A stretch of 64,000 nt of DNA from Auanema rhodensis (GCA_964057225.1 OZ059899.1:16554001-16618000); one strand, 5' to 3'; positions 1 through 16,220 are shown, counted from the first letter of the stretch. Translations and numbers: made by a program. The notes: generated by a model from the letters alone, not told the origin.

Positions 1-1129
1 AAAATCAAAGTGAAATTGAACAAGTAATAGCAGAAGTAGCTCTGATATCACCCATTTTAAAGATTATTTTCAATATTTTGATATGTTGCCAAAACTTTCC
101 AATGTGCACATCTTCTTCTGCTGAGAAAAAACTTAGTTATACTGAGATTTGTATGAGTATATAGATAATACTATGATCAAAAGTACCTCAAAATAGTATA
201 CAAAACTAAAAAGTGAAGGAAATTCGATAGATGCAATTGCTGACTGGCATGAGAACGTCAACTTGATCTAGACCCGTCTACATCATGAACAACTACGTCG
301 TCGCACATATAGACAAGTTTCAAATGCTTAATCCTGAAAAGCATGTGATCTTATGCACCAAAATCAGAGATGATTGGAGTACGATAGAAATGTAATTAGA
401 GAGAAACTGAAAATGCTGGTCAGTGTATTGTATAAGTTGGAATTGTAGACACAAACAGCGTCGAGCTCATCTTCTTCAATTTCCATATATCTCTCTATTC
501 TTGTTCAACTTTTCCGTCCTTCAAACATTAAGCTGAAGATGAAGAACGAGCCAAGGTTTAAACCAATGAGGAAAGGAAGGGAAAGAGTGAGGGAGAATAA
601 GAGGGGCACGCTGCTCAAATCCAAACTTTAGAAGCACTTTGATCAAAGCAAGTAAGTTGAAGAATACGGAGAAACAGCAGCAAGGAGCAGAAGCAAGCAG
701 AAAAAGAAGAGAATGAAGAAGGAGATGAAAAAGAGACAGAGGCAGACAACTCAGCTTGAAGACAGCACGCGACATTCCTCAAATTGGCTCTATTATATAT
801 CAGGAAACAGCTCGTAGAGAATCAGACATATACATATATGTATGTGCGATTCTTAAGTGCTTCATATTCTTTATGTCCTTATCCGTTTTCAACATTTTCC
901 ATTTTTTCTTTACAGAATTTATTCCTTAATCCCAACGACAAATTTTTTTGCTATGGGTAAATTCTCGAAGGAAATTCAAAACAAATGATGCCAATAGGCG
1001 ATAGAGGAGGATCAACCGGAATGGATTATTCATCTTTCATCCAGGAACTTCTTCACTTTATTCGACATGTGCATGTCAACCTTTTGAAATACATATATGT
1101 TTGTTGTGATCAATATAGGCTTTCGCTTC

Positions 1130-1132
<3 letters not shown>

Positions 1133-1200
<68 letters not shown>

Positions 1201-1247
1201 CCTCTTTCTCTCTCTCTCCCTCTTTCTCTCTCTCTCCCTCTTTCTCA
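1133..1247. repeat. (TC)n microsatellite
   Basis: Directly visible. Confidence 0.95.
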
Positions 1248-1436
1248 ACGCTTCTTTCTTTTTTTTATTCACAAAATTATTTTTCTGATTATTATCTGTT
1301 ACTTAAGCATGCGAACAAATTTACATCCACACATGTATTTCATTGGAAATAATGAATTTAGAGAGTATACATACATGCTAAGACCTCTTCCGTTAATGAA
1401 TTCACAAACAAACAACGTATTTAATTACGATTCTCT

Positions 1437-1467
<31 letters not shown>

Positions 1468-2156
1468 TTTGCTCTCTCTCTCTTTCTCTCTTATTATCCA
1501 TCTATTTCTCTTTCATTCTTTCTCGGCATTTTTAGCTTTTCTTCGATTAATCTTTCTCTCGATCCCTAACTTCTTTCAACAAAAAAAATGCATGGTTCCA
1601 ATTGCAAAGTTAGAAAGTCCATGATCTATCTTGTATGTGTGAAAGCTGTTGTGTGTCGTAAGTTCTCGTAGTTCCGGATCTGATCGAAATGAAAACTTTC
1701 ATATCTTATGCATATTTGGATTTTCGCCTTCCCGTCTCCCTTACTCCCTTTCTCTCTCAATACCTCCTTCTCTTTCTCTATATATTTGTTATAAGCTATA
1801 TACTACTTTCTCTAACTTTCTTTTGGTATTCAGTATTTCGTTTACTATCTCGAACTACATACTGCCCTCATGGATTTCATGTAAACAGCCAAGAACAAAG
1901 TTTTTCAATGGTAGAATAAGGTTAAAGGTGGCAGCACAGCCTTTCTCTCATCCGTATATAACTTAAGAATTCCTTTGAGGCCAAAACTAACTAAGTTTTT
2001 GGTCAGTCAAGCAAAAAATTTAAATTTTTACGTGTTGTCTAGTAAGTTGTTGGAAGAAAAGAAAAGAAGCGAAGGAACAAGAATGTTCAAGCCTATGCTC
2101 AAGGTATAAAAGAAATCAAAAAAAATAAATTTACTGATGGAATATTGAAAAGAAAA

Positions 2157-2205
<49 letters not shown>

Positions 2206-2453
2206 GAAAAATAAAAAAGTCAAAAGAAGAGGATACAAGGGAGGCACACAAGAGATATTATATTATATGAAAGATCATTCGTCGAGAATTATATTACACG
2301 GGAAAACCTGACAAGACATATTCTGCCGAATATAGTAATAATATGTATTTTGCCGTTCTAGCGCACCTTTTCGCCCATCCTCAATTTTCTCATTTTTAAG
2401 CCATTTTGAGGCTTATTTTCATTTATTTTCTGTCTTAACTCTTTGAAAATGTG

Positions 2454-3871
2454 TCATTTTAAATAATTTTCAATAATGGCCAAAAGGTCGAAATCCAGTG
2501 GTCGAAATGGTCGAGAAAAGTGCGGTAAAACGGTGTCTAGAAATAATGCTAAATGAATGCATTTTAATAAATCCCAAGGATCTGAGAATCTATGATTCGA
2601 TATCGCAAAGAAATCGAAACTTGATTGCGATGTGTCGATTGCACCAAGCTTCGCTTTCGGACCTCCACGTTCTTTTTCTCGCCGGACTTTGATAATTCCT
2701 TGTTGAACTTGCCACATCTAAAAAATATTATATGTGAATTCATAGGTTTTAAAATAACTTACTCTGAAAGCTTCCTTCATCAAGTGTCCGGGTATAATCC
2801 AGGTATCGGCCGGACTGCAAGATGCGTCACGAAGCTCCTCTTCCATTGTATTACAATCATATTCTTGTCCGAGCGAAGGATCAGTCGTTGTTGACGACAT
2901 CATTATCCCGATCAGAGATCGGTTTTCCGTGTAACACGGGCCGCCAGAATCTCCTCCGTCTATGGAAGCACTTGCCAGCATTCGTCCTCTATAGTCAGTT
3001 ATAACACCGAGCAGATCCGACCGGAGCGATGCGTTAATTGTTGTCTTCCATGGGTTTTGTAACTCAGACCAAAGCCGAGAAACCATTCAAAGTTCCGTGG
3101 TCCGCGACTTGAAAAAGGATAATCGTCGAAGATATCGCGATCGACAGTAGAGTACAGAATTACGAAGTCGTAATGTGAACCAAAAAATTCTTTTGAGAAA
3201 CCTTCATAGAATGTCGAATGGATGGATTGTCGCACTGCCGAATTTCAACAATTCCACGCACATTCTCTTTCGAATTCCCTTTCTCATCGTAAACGCGAAG
3301 CTTCGTTCTGTGGGCATATGTTACTGCAGCACGTGGAGAGATGGGTGATACACATTCGCCGTTTATCTCATTTTCATTGGTTCCCTGAGAAGGCTCTTCT
3401 GTATCTTGAGAAGTCTTCTGTGCTCGTGGTATAAAGTAGAGTCGATTTCTGAGCTCCATCGCCAATCTTTCTAAAAACCAGCAATAAATTGTTAGACTAT
3501 TTGAAATATGATACACTCGAAGATACGCGGAGATTCTGATCGTCAAAACTCCAATCGAAGAAGCAGGTCGGTAAGGCACTTTATCACACTCCATAAAGAA
3601 TTCCAGAGCTGACCAATCCTTGGGAAGAACAAAAGCTTTGCCATCTACACAAGCTTCACTCACTCTGAAATAATTGAAATACAATCAGAAATAATCAAAA
3701 TGCAAGTTACCGGCAAAATTTCTTGCGGCCCTCCACTTCGTAAGCTAACGAGACAACTGCATCCTTGGCCAACAAGAAGGCGGATGTGAGGGAGCTTTCG
3801 GTGATCATGTTGTCATTCAAATCGAATTCAACTTCTTTCTCCATCATTTTAATGCGGATCATTTGAGCCAT
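2454..3871 (-). pseudogene. Spliced, frameshifted gene: N-terminal ubiquitin-like (TDP43_N-like) header plus trypsin-fold serine protease; probable Maverick cargo
   Basis: ATG at 3871 after a TTTTCAG acceptor (MAQMIRIKMMEKEVEFDLNDNMITESSLTSAF...FVLPKDW). GT-AG introns at 3665-3710 and 2718-2762. Triad motifs AVTYAH, YDFVIL and GDSGGP occur in order but in three different frames (shifts near 3185 and 3008). The 3' end is approximate. Confidence 0.75.
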
Positions 3872-4014
3872 TTTAGAGCCGATGAATCTGAAAACAAAAA
3901 ATTAATTGTTTGCATGCACTCTGTAAAAACAACACGCAAACATGCGGTGGACACTCTCATCACCCTTCCACTCTAGCCCAACGCGTGGCGTGCATATGGA
4001 GCAAATGTGTCACA

Positions 4015-4430
4015 GAAAAAGGTTAAAGAGTTCCTGAATGAACAAGATGTTTACACTCTTGTTTCAGTAAGTTTGCATGGGAAAAAGTAAGACAGGTAAA
4101 GAAACTGCAGATGCTTTGGAATCTATCTTTACAAAAAGTAAAAGAAAACCAAAAAAGATGCAAACTGATAATGTTAAGGAATATTATAATAAAGAAATTA
4201 ATAATTTATTTAAATCTTTAGAAATTAATCAACTTATTCAGATAAAAAAAGCTTCAATAGTTGAAAGATTTAATAGAACCTTAACCAAGAAGGAAATCAT
4301 AAATGGGTTGGTATTCTTGATGATCTTGTGTTAGGATAGAATAATCACACTTCAATAACAGTGACTCCCATACAGGCTTCAAAGATAGAAAACGAAAGTA
4401 TTGTTTACAATAATCTATTTCCTATAAAAC
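4015..4430 (+). pseudogene. Maverick retroviral-like (rve) integrase remnant
   Basis: KKVKEFLNEQDVYTL, KPKKMQTDNVKEY and KASIVERFNRTL motifs; internal deletions and frameshifts. Confidence 0.85.
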
Positions 4431-4436
4431 ATAATT

Positions 4437-5464
4437 TTGAGGAAAGCTTTAGATCTTGGAATGAAATTGAAATAAATTACGAAAATTCTTAAATTTGATG
4501 AGAGTAATTGGCTTGCAAGCTATATTGATTTGAATACTAACCTTAGGAAAAAAGAAAATAAATGATTTTGAAAAAGACTTCTTTAAGTTGATGAATAATA
4601 GTGCTAAGTTGGTGTATTCTGGTGAGTATGAATGTATGGAAAATGGTGAAATGCATTACATTTCAAAGAAAGATAGAATAACTAAGTTAGCTAAGAAACC
4701 TAACTTTAATAAGAATATAATAATAAACAAAGAATTGAGTTTTGTTGAAATGGCTCAAACTAAAATAGTTCTAGATAAGCCTATTCATGTTGGCTTTGCT
4801 ATTCTGGAGTTGAGTAAGTGGCTGATGTACGATTTTCATTACAATGTTATGAAGAAAAAATATGGTAATAACCTTAAACTGTGCTATCAGGATACTGATT
4901 CCCTTATTTATGAAATTTTTACATCGGACTTTCATGAAGACCTATTAGAAGATTCTTCATTAAAAAAATATTTCAATTTCAGTGAATATTCTAAAGTTCA
5001 TTCATTTGTATAATGAAGAAAATAAAAAAGTTGTTGGCAAATTCAAAGATGAATTAAATGGATTGATAATTCAAGAACTTTTAGCCTTGAAACCTAAACA
5101 ATATGAATATAAAATTGCTGAGGAAAGACGTCAAGAGTTTGTAGATTATTACAATAAAAGAATTCAAGATGAAATAGAGATTCCAAAAGTTCCAAAACCT
5201 GGAGATGAGGTTAAAAAGAGTGAAGGAATAAAGAAAAATGTTGTCAAGAAGTCAAAAGTTGAAGATTTTCGTGAAAGTCTTTTTAATAAGAGTATTGTTA
5301 GAAAGAAACAATGTTGTATTCGAAGTATCAAACAACAATTATACACTCAAGAACAGGAAAAAGTTGTATTTGATAATGAATTGACTCAAGCGAAAATGCT
5401 ACAATTCAAAAGAGTTATTATTCCAGATTCTTTTGAGACTCTGGCATATGGTTATAAAAATTGA
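4437..5464 (+). pseudogene. Maverick protein-primed DNA polymerase B, C-terminal remnant
   Basis: FEKDFFKLMNNS, LDKPIHVGFAILELSK.LMYDFHY, YQDTDS, VVGKFKDE and TLAYGY motifs; frameshift near 4990-5010; N-terminal part missing. Confidence 0.9.
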
Positions 5465-5696
5465 GATAAAACACTACTTTGAAAATCATATTTTTCTAAT
5501 AATTTTAAAACTAGTAAACAATAATAACCAAAATGATGTGTTCCAAAATCTTGAACTTTGAATGTTGAAAGCTCTATTTTATCTTTTTTATTTCTGCTCT
5601 TGAGATATTCTTGAAGTTGTAAAAGAGGATCAAGTTCGAAGGAATCAAAGTAATAAATCTTTCCTTTATTTTTAGAATAACAAACCCAATGAGTAC
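5452..5696 (-). pseudogene. Maverick adenain-like cysteine protease, C-terminal remnant (not in the ORF track)
   Basis: Manual translation THWVCYSKNKGKIYYFDSF...VQDFGTHHFGYYC. His and Asp motifs are retained; the catalytic Cys of CGYYC reads Phe. Tail-to-tail overlap with the PolB stop. Confidence 0.85.
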
Positions 5697-7674
5697 AAAA
5701 ATGAAATCATGGTGTTAAAAAGAAAAAAAAACAGATGACAGAGACAATAAGAAATGTGATTATCCCACGAGAGGTGACAAAAAAAATGATGATGATAACA
5801 ATTCACAAATAGAGTAATATTTCATATAACTTGAGAGTAAAAATGAAAGCGCGTTGACAAGATTGGCAGCAGCAACCCGGAAAAGAAAGCTGCATCAGAT
5901 ATGAGCCACAAACTGGAAGAATCAGAACGACGGAGAAGGAGAGAAAGAAAGCAAGCGCGTAAGAGTGAATAATGTGCTTATTAACAAAAACATTCTCGAA
6001 CTGTATATAGACAAAAGTTAGGAGGGAGAAAACTGCAAAATAGTTTATAGGAAATGAAAAAATAAAAGAGGAAAAACAGAGAGAGAGAGAGGGAGAGAGA
6101 GAGAGAGAGCTTCCAAGTATAAACAATCTGGCTTGAACAAAGACAGTTTCAAGCAAAATCGCAAGTTAAGAAGAAATATGAATTCAACAAAAAAAAGAAG
6201 CACCGGTTATCCATATGTATTTTTCAAAATTTCAAAATTAATAATAAGTTAAAAAAGAAAAAAGATCAATAATAATCAATCAACTATATTTTTAATAAAA
6301 TTATTATAAGTTTATTAAAAAATAATATTAATTTCATTAGAGACAACATTCTCGCTAGAAATTTTTGTCAGTGTTTATTGCTAGAGTATCAGAGATTTTG
6401 TAGAAAATTCATGTTAGAGATCTAGCGCGGGGAATATGCTAAATGAGACGGACGCGTGAGGCAATCATTTCTTATTATTTTTACGCTGCAATCGGTTGTG
6501 CACATAAATACTCATAAAAACTATTAATATTAGCTAAGTTTTGAATAATTATAAGGGAATAAATGAGCAATTTTAAAGCTTATCAATAAGAATTAATAAC
6601 AATAATAAACCCAATAAAAACTCATAAGTTTAGAAAGAATAATTGTTACGCTGCTCAACTAAAATATCGTACATGCAATAAAATTAATTAGTTCTCATGC
6701 ATATTAGTTTCAGAAAAAAATATTCATGTTGATTTCTGAGCAAAGAAAAAGAAGACATGAATGATTTTCATTTGGATGTGAGTATTCATTTACATATGTA
6801 CACCGTTGATTAAAATGAAAGATTTGGAAAAAACCTAAGTCAGTCATTAATTGCGACTTCAAGATGCTACAGAATAAAAAATTTTTGAGACAAAGAACCA
6901 CACTAAATTTAGGAAGAAAATTAGAAATGGCAGGTTTAGCGACAAACAACCCATTAAACTTAATAATGTGATGCAGAAAAGAAAATCAGAGATGGATAAG
7001 GCCAGCTGGACGACGACAAGATCGATATGCGACGGCTCTGCGAAAGGACGTTGACGTCGAGGGTCCAAACTTTGTTTAGAAGTAATAGTTTATATATTCT
7101 TTTTATACTATCTGACCTGCATGTTTACGGCTAAAAGAAAGAGTTCATTGAATTAACAATCATTTTTTGTTTTCATCTATCAACATATGATGAGATTGAA
7201 GAATGAAATCAAAAAAAACGACAAGCCCTATGTCTAGAACGTTGACGGTTACAACAAGAAAAGAAGGCAACACGATAAAAGTACTACAAGCATCTATAGA
7301 ACTCCGAACAGTTTATCTTCATAGAGAAAAATAGGAAAATCTGATAAATTAATATACAAGTAAAGTTAATAGGAAGAGGAAATCTATAACGACTGCTTAA
7401 AATAAATTTATGGATTTTTAATTGATAAATTCTTAAAACCTCATATTAAATTCCTAATCCACCTGTCTTCCGAGACGTGATGCAGATCAGGGATTATCCC
7501 GCAACATACAAAGAGCACGAATACAAACATCACGGGCTTGTTTTATATACTATATTCTACATGTGTACCAGAAGATAAAAAGAAAACCCATCAGAACATT
7601 GGATAGACTACCAGTAAGTAGAAAAACACAACAAAAACGAGAATTTCTTTCCGAAAAGATGCCCAGCTTTCACC

Positions 7675-10970
<3,296 letters not shown>

Positions 10971-11349
10971 GAATGAGGATCAAGATTTCAGAGATGAAGA
11001 AAGGTTCGCATTCTGTAAAATGATAGTAGCAAGAAATATATGATTACCTTAAAAACTCCACTTACATTGACGCGACAAAAGAACCACGTTGACTCACTAC
11101 ATCTTTAAATATTTATAGTGTTAGATATAACGAGCAAAAGAGAGAAATTAGTAACAGTAACAAGATGGTAACAAAAAAAAATGGATACAATGCACAGTTA
11201 TAACCGGATAATAAAAACGGATCACCAAAACTTGAGGTATGTATATATGCATATATATATATACATATATATATATAAAACATATATATACAAAATACGG
11301 ATATATATAGATATATATTAAGTTGTAACAGAAAGCAAAACTGAGGAAA

Positions 11350-13855
11350 TTATACTAAAAAATGACGCGGAGAGTAAGGCCTTGCACAAGAAACTTTTTG
11401 GGCAGGTAGAACGGGGGGTTTTGGGTCGAAGGGAGGAACTGTTACCGGTTGAGGTGTATGTTGGCCGGATGGTGGATCAGAACCAACAACAGATTGCTCC
11501 CGATCTTCTCGCTTGTCCCTTGCCGCTTTATCTCTATGAGCTTGTACAATCTTAATGAATGAAATGTGAAATGTATAAAATAATATAGTCTTACTTGGAA
11601 TCGCCTCCTCTCTTCGAACTCTTGATAGTGGTGTTTTTGAGCTATAGTTAAGAGAAGGTCAACATTACAGAAAGAACAGGCTTCTGCCCCCGAAACCTTC
11701 TCAACATCACCCAACCCCTCTTCAGCTATATTGTGCCAATTGGGGATCACAATTTCCTATAAGCAGTATTTGTTTGGAACACCAAAACAAAACACAAACC
11801 TTATAATCAATTTTTTGTGGTAGATGAGCGGTTCCAAAATCAGGAAGGTACTCATCGATATCATATTGTCGAGACTGGCGAGCATTCGAGGGCATGCTAT
11901 GCCTTCGTCCAATCTTTAAAGAAGCAGGTAAGTAATGAATAATGCATATCTAGTAAACCTTTGTAAGTCCCAACGGAGGATCTTTCCCTTCCCTGTCCTT
12001 AGGTGGTCTCCCACGTCTTCGTCGTTTTTCCTCTTTTCTATCATGTTTTGGTTTGGGCATAGGCGGAGCCTGAATTATGAAATGAACTGAGGCCCGAGCT
12101 ATTATAACTATACCTTCGGCACACATTCATCATCAGACTGGTCAGTGTCCTCATAGTCACTACTATCATTACCCTTCTGGTTCTGGTTTCTCTCTTCAAC
12201 TCGTAGCCTTCGCCTTTCCCGAACAGCGCAACGTCTCCAGCCATTGCGCTGTTTTTCTTCTTCGATTTCCCGCACATTAAGCCACGATGAGGTATCAAAT
12301 GTTTTACGTATGGATGAAGACGGAACCATAGAAAGTAAAGTGGTGTAAGCTTGCATTCTTCGTTCAATGGGATGAACTTTAAAAGGGAAGTTTGAACAGT
12401 AATAGGAATCAACCGATACCTTCTGACAGAGTTATTCGAGGGTGAGTTCTTGGATCATTCCAATCTCCATCCTTAGATGTTGATGGTTGCATCTGTGAAT
12501 AATCAACGGATCCTATTTGATTAGACATTAAACTATAAGTTCTATGTTACAAAAAATATTCCAAATGAAAAGAACCTGAACTCATGGTGGAATATTTTTC
12601 GTGGAGCACGCCGAATAAGGGCGCGTGTGCGAGCACATTCTTCATCTTTGGGTTCAAACTGTGTGGTGGGACAAGTCTTTTCTAACGCAATAAGCTTAAA
12701 TGTTAAATGTATTCATGGCATTAATACTTATTCTACTTACATCTTGCAGATGACTGTACCTATCTTCCAGTTCAGCAACTAACCGGGCATCTGCGCCACC
12801 AAATCTTACTTTTTCTGGCGCCCATCGTACAGAAGCTTGTACAATACTTCAAAAATAATATATAAAACACTCTCAAATAAAATTTAAATACCTCCCAGTG
12901 TCTTCCATTTCTACATCAGAGAGATCAGTCATTTCATCAACATCTCCAATGGGAGGAATGGTTTTCAAAACCTTTTTTGGAGGCTCATCCTCACCGAATA
13001 CATATTTACGCATGGAATTCGGTAAAGAATCTTTCATGGTTCTTGTCATAATAGCGAGCTGAACAGGAGTGAGGCTCTCGCACTAAATTTCTTACATAGA
13101 AACAGCTTTAAGCAGATGCGCTACCTGTGGGACAAGATAAGAAAGAGTCCCTTGGTCTTTAAATCGGCCTATTTTCTCGGCTACAGTTCTTCTCTTCCCC
13201 ACCTCAATCTCTTTCCGAGATGTGTGAAGAGGAACACTACAAGAGTCAAAATAATAATAATAATAATAATACAAATAAATACCTCGGTACCATGCTTTGT
13301 AAAATAGCACCGTCATCTTTCTTTAAAGGCATGCGAACAACGGGAGAGCCTTAAATAAGACTGCTGATAAGGAAAAAAATATGGGGAAAATACCATTGAA
13401 GTTGAACCGTTCAGAATTATCAGGAATTATATCACCCTTTGGAACAATTGTGCAAGATGAATTATTAGAACTTTGCTCCCGTGGAGTCGGTAGAGCACTT
13501 GATGCAAGAGAGCGAATACCGGGAGTAATAGGAGAAGAAAGCCCGGACTTCAAAAAAAAATTGAAGAAAGAAAAAGAAAACAATAAAAAACCTCTCTTAG
13601 ACCGTTAATTTCCACTTGGAGAGGCATGGAAGTAGGGAGCCTTTCCAAACCATTAGTAGTAATACCATTACTAGCGGGGCGACCGTTTGGTATTGAAACT
13701 CTTTTTTCAATTGAATCATCCAATATGGGTGAACCTTCTGGGATAGCGGTAACTTCTTTCTTAAGCAACATCGTGGATTCAGAATTTAGAAAGTTTTCAT
13801 GTTCCATCACAGTAGGGCTTCGCAACACTGGATGGTACGCTGGCTTCAGTCCCAT
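11350..13855 (-). CDS. PEHE-domain protein, KANSL1/NSL1-like (multi-exon; start approximate)
   Basis: CARTRAL, YDIDEYL..EIVIPNW, H..EFEERRRF and terminal PYSPRHF resemble KANSL1 conserved blocks in the same order; consistent GT-AG introns. Confidence 0.65.
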
Positions 13856-13944
13856 GCAAACAAATGTCCCGTACAGAACTAGACTTGTTACGCATACTTC
13901 GAATCACACATCTTGGTACTAAAGCCACGTCAAACAAAATCTAA

Positions 13945-14360
13945 AATCGAAATGAAAATGATGCAATAATAAGAAAACTTAAAAAATTAACATTTCAAAA
14001 AATGCTTGTTGCATACAAATAGAAACGGTAACTCAAACGACGCTCAGAAATCAGTAGACCGTCAAAAAAAAATCAATAATTCGAAAACTTCCCTTTATAT
14101 ACGAGGAAGAAATTGCCGCTTGACAATTCGCGGCGGGTTGCAATAAATGATGCGACGCGGCCGCGCGCGTGGAATTTTTGCCGCGCTCGTTTTTGCAAAA
14201 ATAGTCCCAAGCAGAAAAGTTGTACGATAGGGTCTAGAGCGCGAGACTTAAATGTTCAATTTGAATATATTCGGCATAATTTATAAAACAGCGAAAGAGA
14301 CTTTTTAAGCTAGAATAAGTGATTTTTTTTGTTAATTGCGAATTCTTTGGTTTATAGTAA
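13945..14360. promoter_or_regulatory. Probable bidirectional promoter (KANSL1-like / hat-1)
   Basis: Short head-to-head interval with a CGCG-rich patch (14110-14250) in an AT-rich background. Confidence 0.5.
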
Positions 14361-14362
14361 CA

Positions 14363-16042
14363 ATGGTTGCTATGGAGGACGACAGATTAGCTACTGCTAA
14401 GGATAATCGTTTTATTGCTGAGGGTCTGACAGCTGTTAATCTACGCTTTAGTTAGTTTGGATGAAATACTCTTCTTTAAGTTGATATTTAGTTCGTACTC
14501 CTGAAGAATTGAAAGATAGTCAAGAATATGCCCCAGAATTTGTACATCAACATTTTGGAGAAAAGTTAGTTTTCACCCTAGGATACATCATATGATACAA
14601 AATTACAGTGAAACTATCTTTGGCTATGAAAATCTCAATGTAGTTATAAACTACACTGACGCTAATTTATATTTCTATCCAGAGATTACATACGATAAAG
14701 ACATTTCCTCTGTTGATAAAGATGTTAAGGTTTGAGATGTTTTTCTATACATTCTGTATTTGTCTTTAGCCTGATAATGTGAAACTTCTACTCAAAGAAC
14801 AGTTACCTTGTGAGCAACTTCATATGATGATAGAAACTAAAGAAGATTTTTATGGTTACTTGAAGAAGAATGAATTTTTCAAGCCATATGGAGAACTCTT
14901 GTACAAGTTTTCTAATGGTATAAGAGATTTTTTTTAAATTACAACCTGTGTTCATTAAGGTGGGCGGAATTTCGAGATGTACAAGGTGACTGAGTCTTCA
15001 ACTGAATTTGACTTGTATCTTACAAGAGCTCAAACATTGGCATTATGGTATATTGATGCTGCACAATATACTGATAATTCTGATCCAAGATGGGTTCATT
15101 ATTTCCTGTATGTTATACTTCTAGTTGTTTAAAATAATGACATAATTAAGTTATGAGAGTCGACCAAGTTTGAACGGAGATGGAACTTTCCAATATTCTC
15201 TTGCTGGATATGCATCGTTATACCGATTTTATGCTTATCCAGCACGCGAAAGACCTCGTGTTGCTCAAATACTTCTTCTACCTCAATACAGGTTTTTTTT
15301 TGGGGCTAATTAGTATGATACTGATGTGATATTAAGGCGAGGTGGAAATGGTGCTAAATTCTTGCAAAATATTTACAACGACATTCAAATTCAACGAGAA
15401 GTATTAGATATTACAGGTAAAACTATAGCTCAATTTATTTTTAATTTATATTTGTTCTAGCTGAGGATCCTGCAGATAATTTCATATTTCTTCGAGATTA
15501 TGTCGATTGTGTAAACTGCATGACGTTAAAGGAATTTTCTGCAGATGAACTTAAAAAAGGTTTCAGTGATAACATGAGAGAAACTGCTTTAAGTAAATTT
15601 AAAATTAATAGAGTAGGTTAGAAGCACTTTTTTAAAACCTTTGTTCCTTATTAAGCGACAAGCTAGAAGAGTGTATGAAATCCTTAGATTTATGAGTACT
15701 GATATGAAAAATCCTGAATTGGCTAAAGCCTATCGTCTTGATGTAAAGAGACGGTATTGATGTAGTTTTTAAAATATTTATTTTTATATGTTTTAAGATT
15801 GGAAATACCAATGAAGAGATCTGCTAAAGATTGGAAGAAAATCAACAAAGCTCTCGATTCAGAGGAAGTTGCTCAGGTACTGTAGCATTTACTAGAAATT
15901 CTATGACAGTTTCCTGATTTAGGTTGCTGCTTCTCAACTTGATGCTGACACGAAATACCAAGTTCTTCAAAGCTTGTACGATGCCGAAATTGAAGGCTAT
16001 AAGATCACCATTAACCGATTAAAAATTTTCCCTTCTATCTAA
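14363..16042 (+). CDS. hat-1: Histone acetyltransferase type B catalytic subunit (multi-exon)
   Basis: PEFVHQHFGE.ETIFGYENL, LWYIDAAQY, RPRVAQILLLPQYR, ITAEDP motifs; stop TAA at 16040-16042. Confidence 0.93.
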
Positions 16043-16220
16043 CCCCGTGATTTTTTTCTTATACGAGGATTAATTTTAATTAATTTTGATATATTGATCT
16101 CCTAACTGTATCATAAAGTTTAAATAAATTATAGTGATTTAAAATGTGTTTAATTTCGTGTGTATTAAATCATATATACTTTAAATTAAATGAAACTTGA
16201 AAAAGAAACATATTTGGCAG

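Larger units (their letters stand above)
2334..5700. mobile_element. Truncated, internally deleted Maverick/Polinton: left terminus, cargo protease gene, and integrase, PolB and cysteine protease remnants
   Basis: Three Maverick core-gene remnants lie within 1.7 kb. Sequence from 2334 (AGTAAT...) aligns without gaps to the right terminus of the element at 59762 (47/70 identical over terminal positions 61-130, hand count). No right terminus or second TSD copy found. Confidence 0.85.

Noticed and set aside
40-200. Faint hAT dimerisation-like peptide (PMCTSSSAEKKLS)
   Set aside because: Too short and degenerate; stops in all frames and no TIRs.
985-1569. 194-aa ORF and other SLSLSL/RERERE ORFs (e.g. 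29857-30150, 33624-34001, 34340-34621)
   Set aside because: Artefacts of (AG/CT)n microsatellites that lack stop codons.
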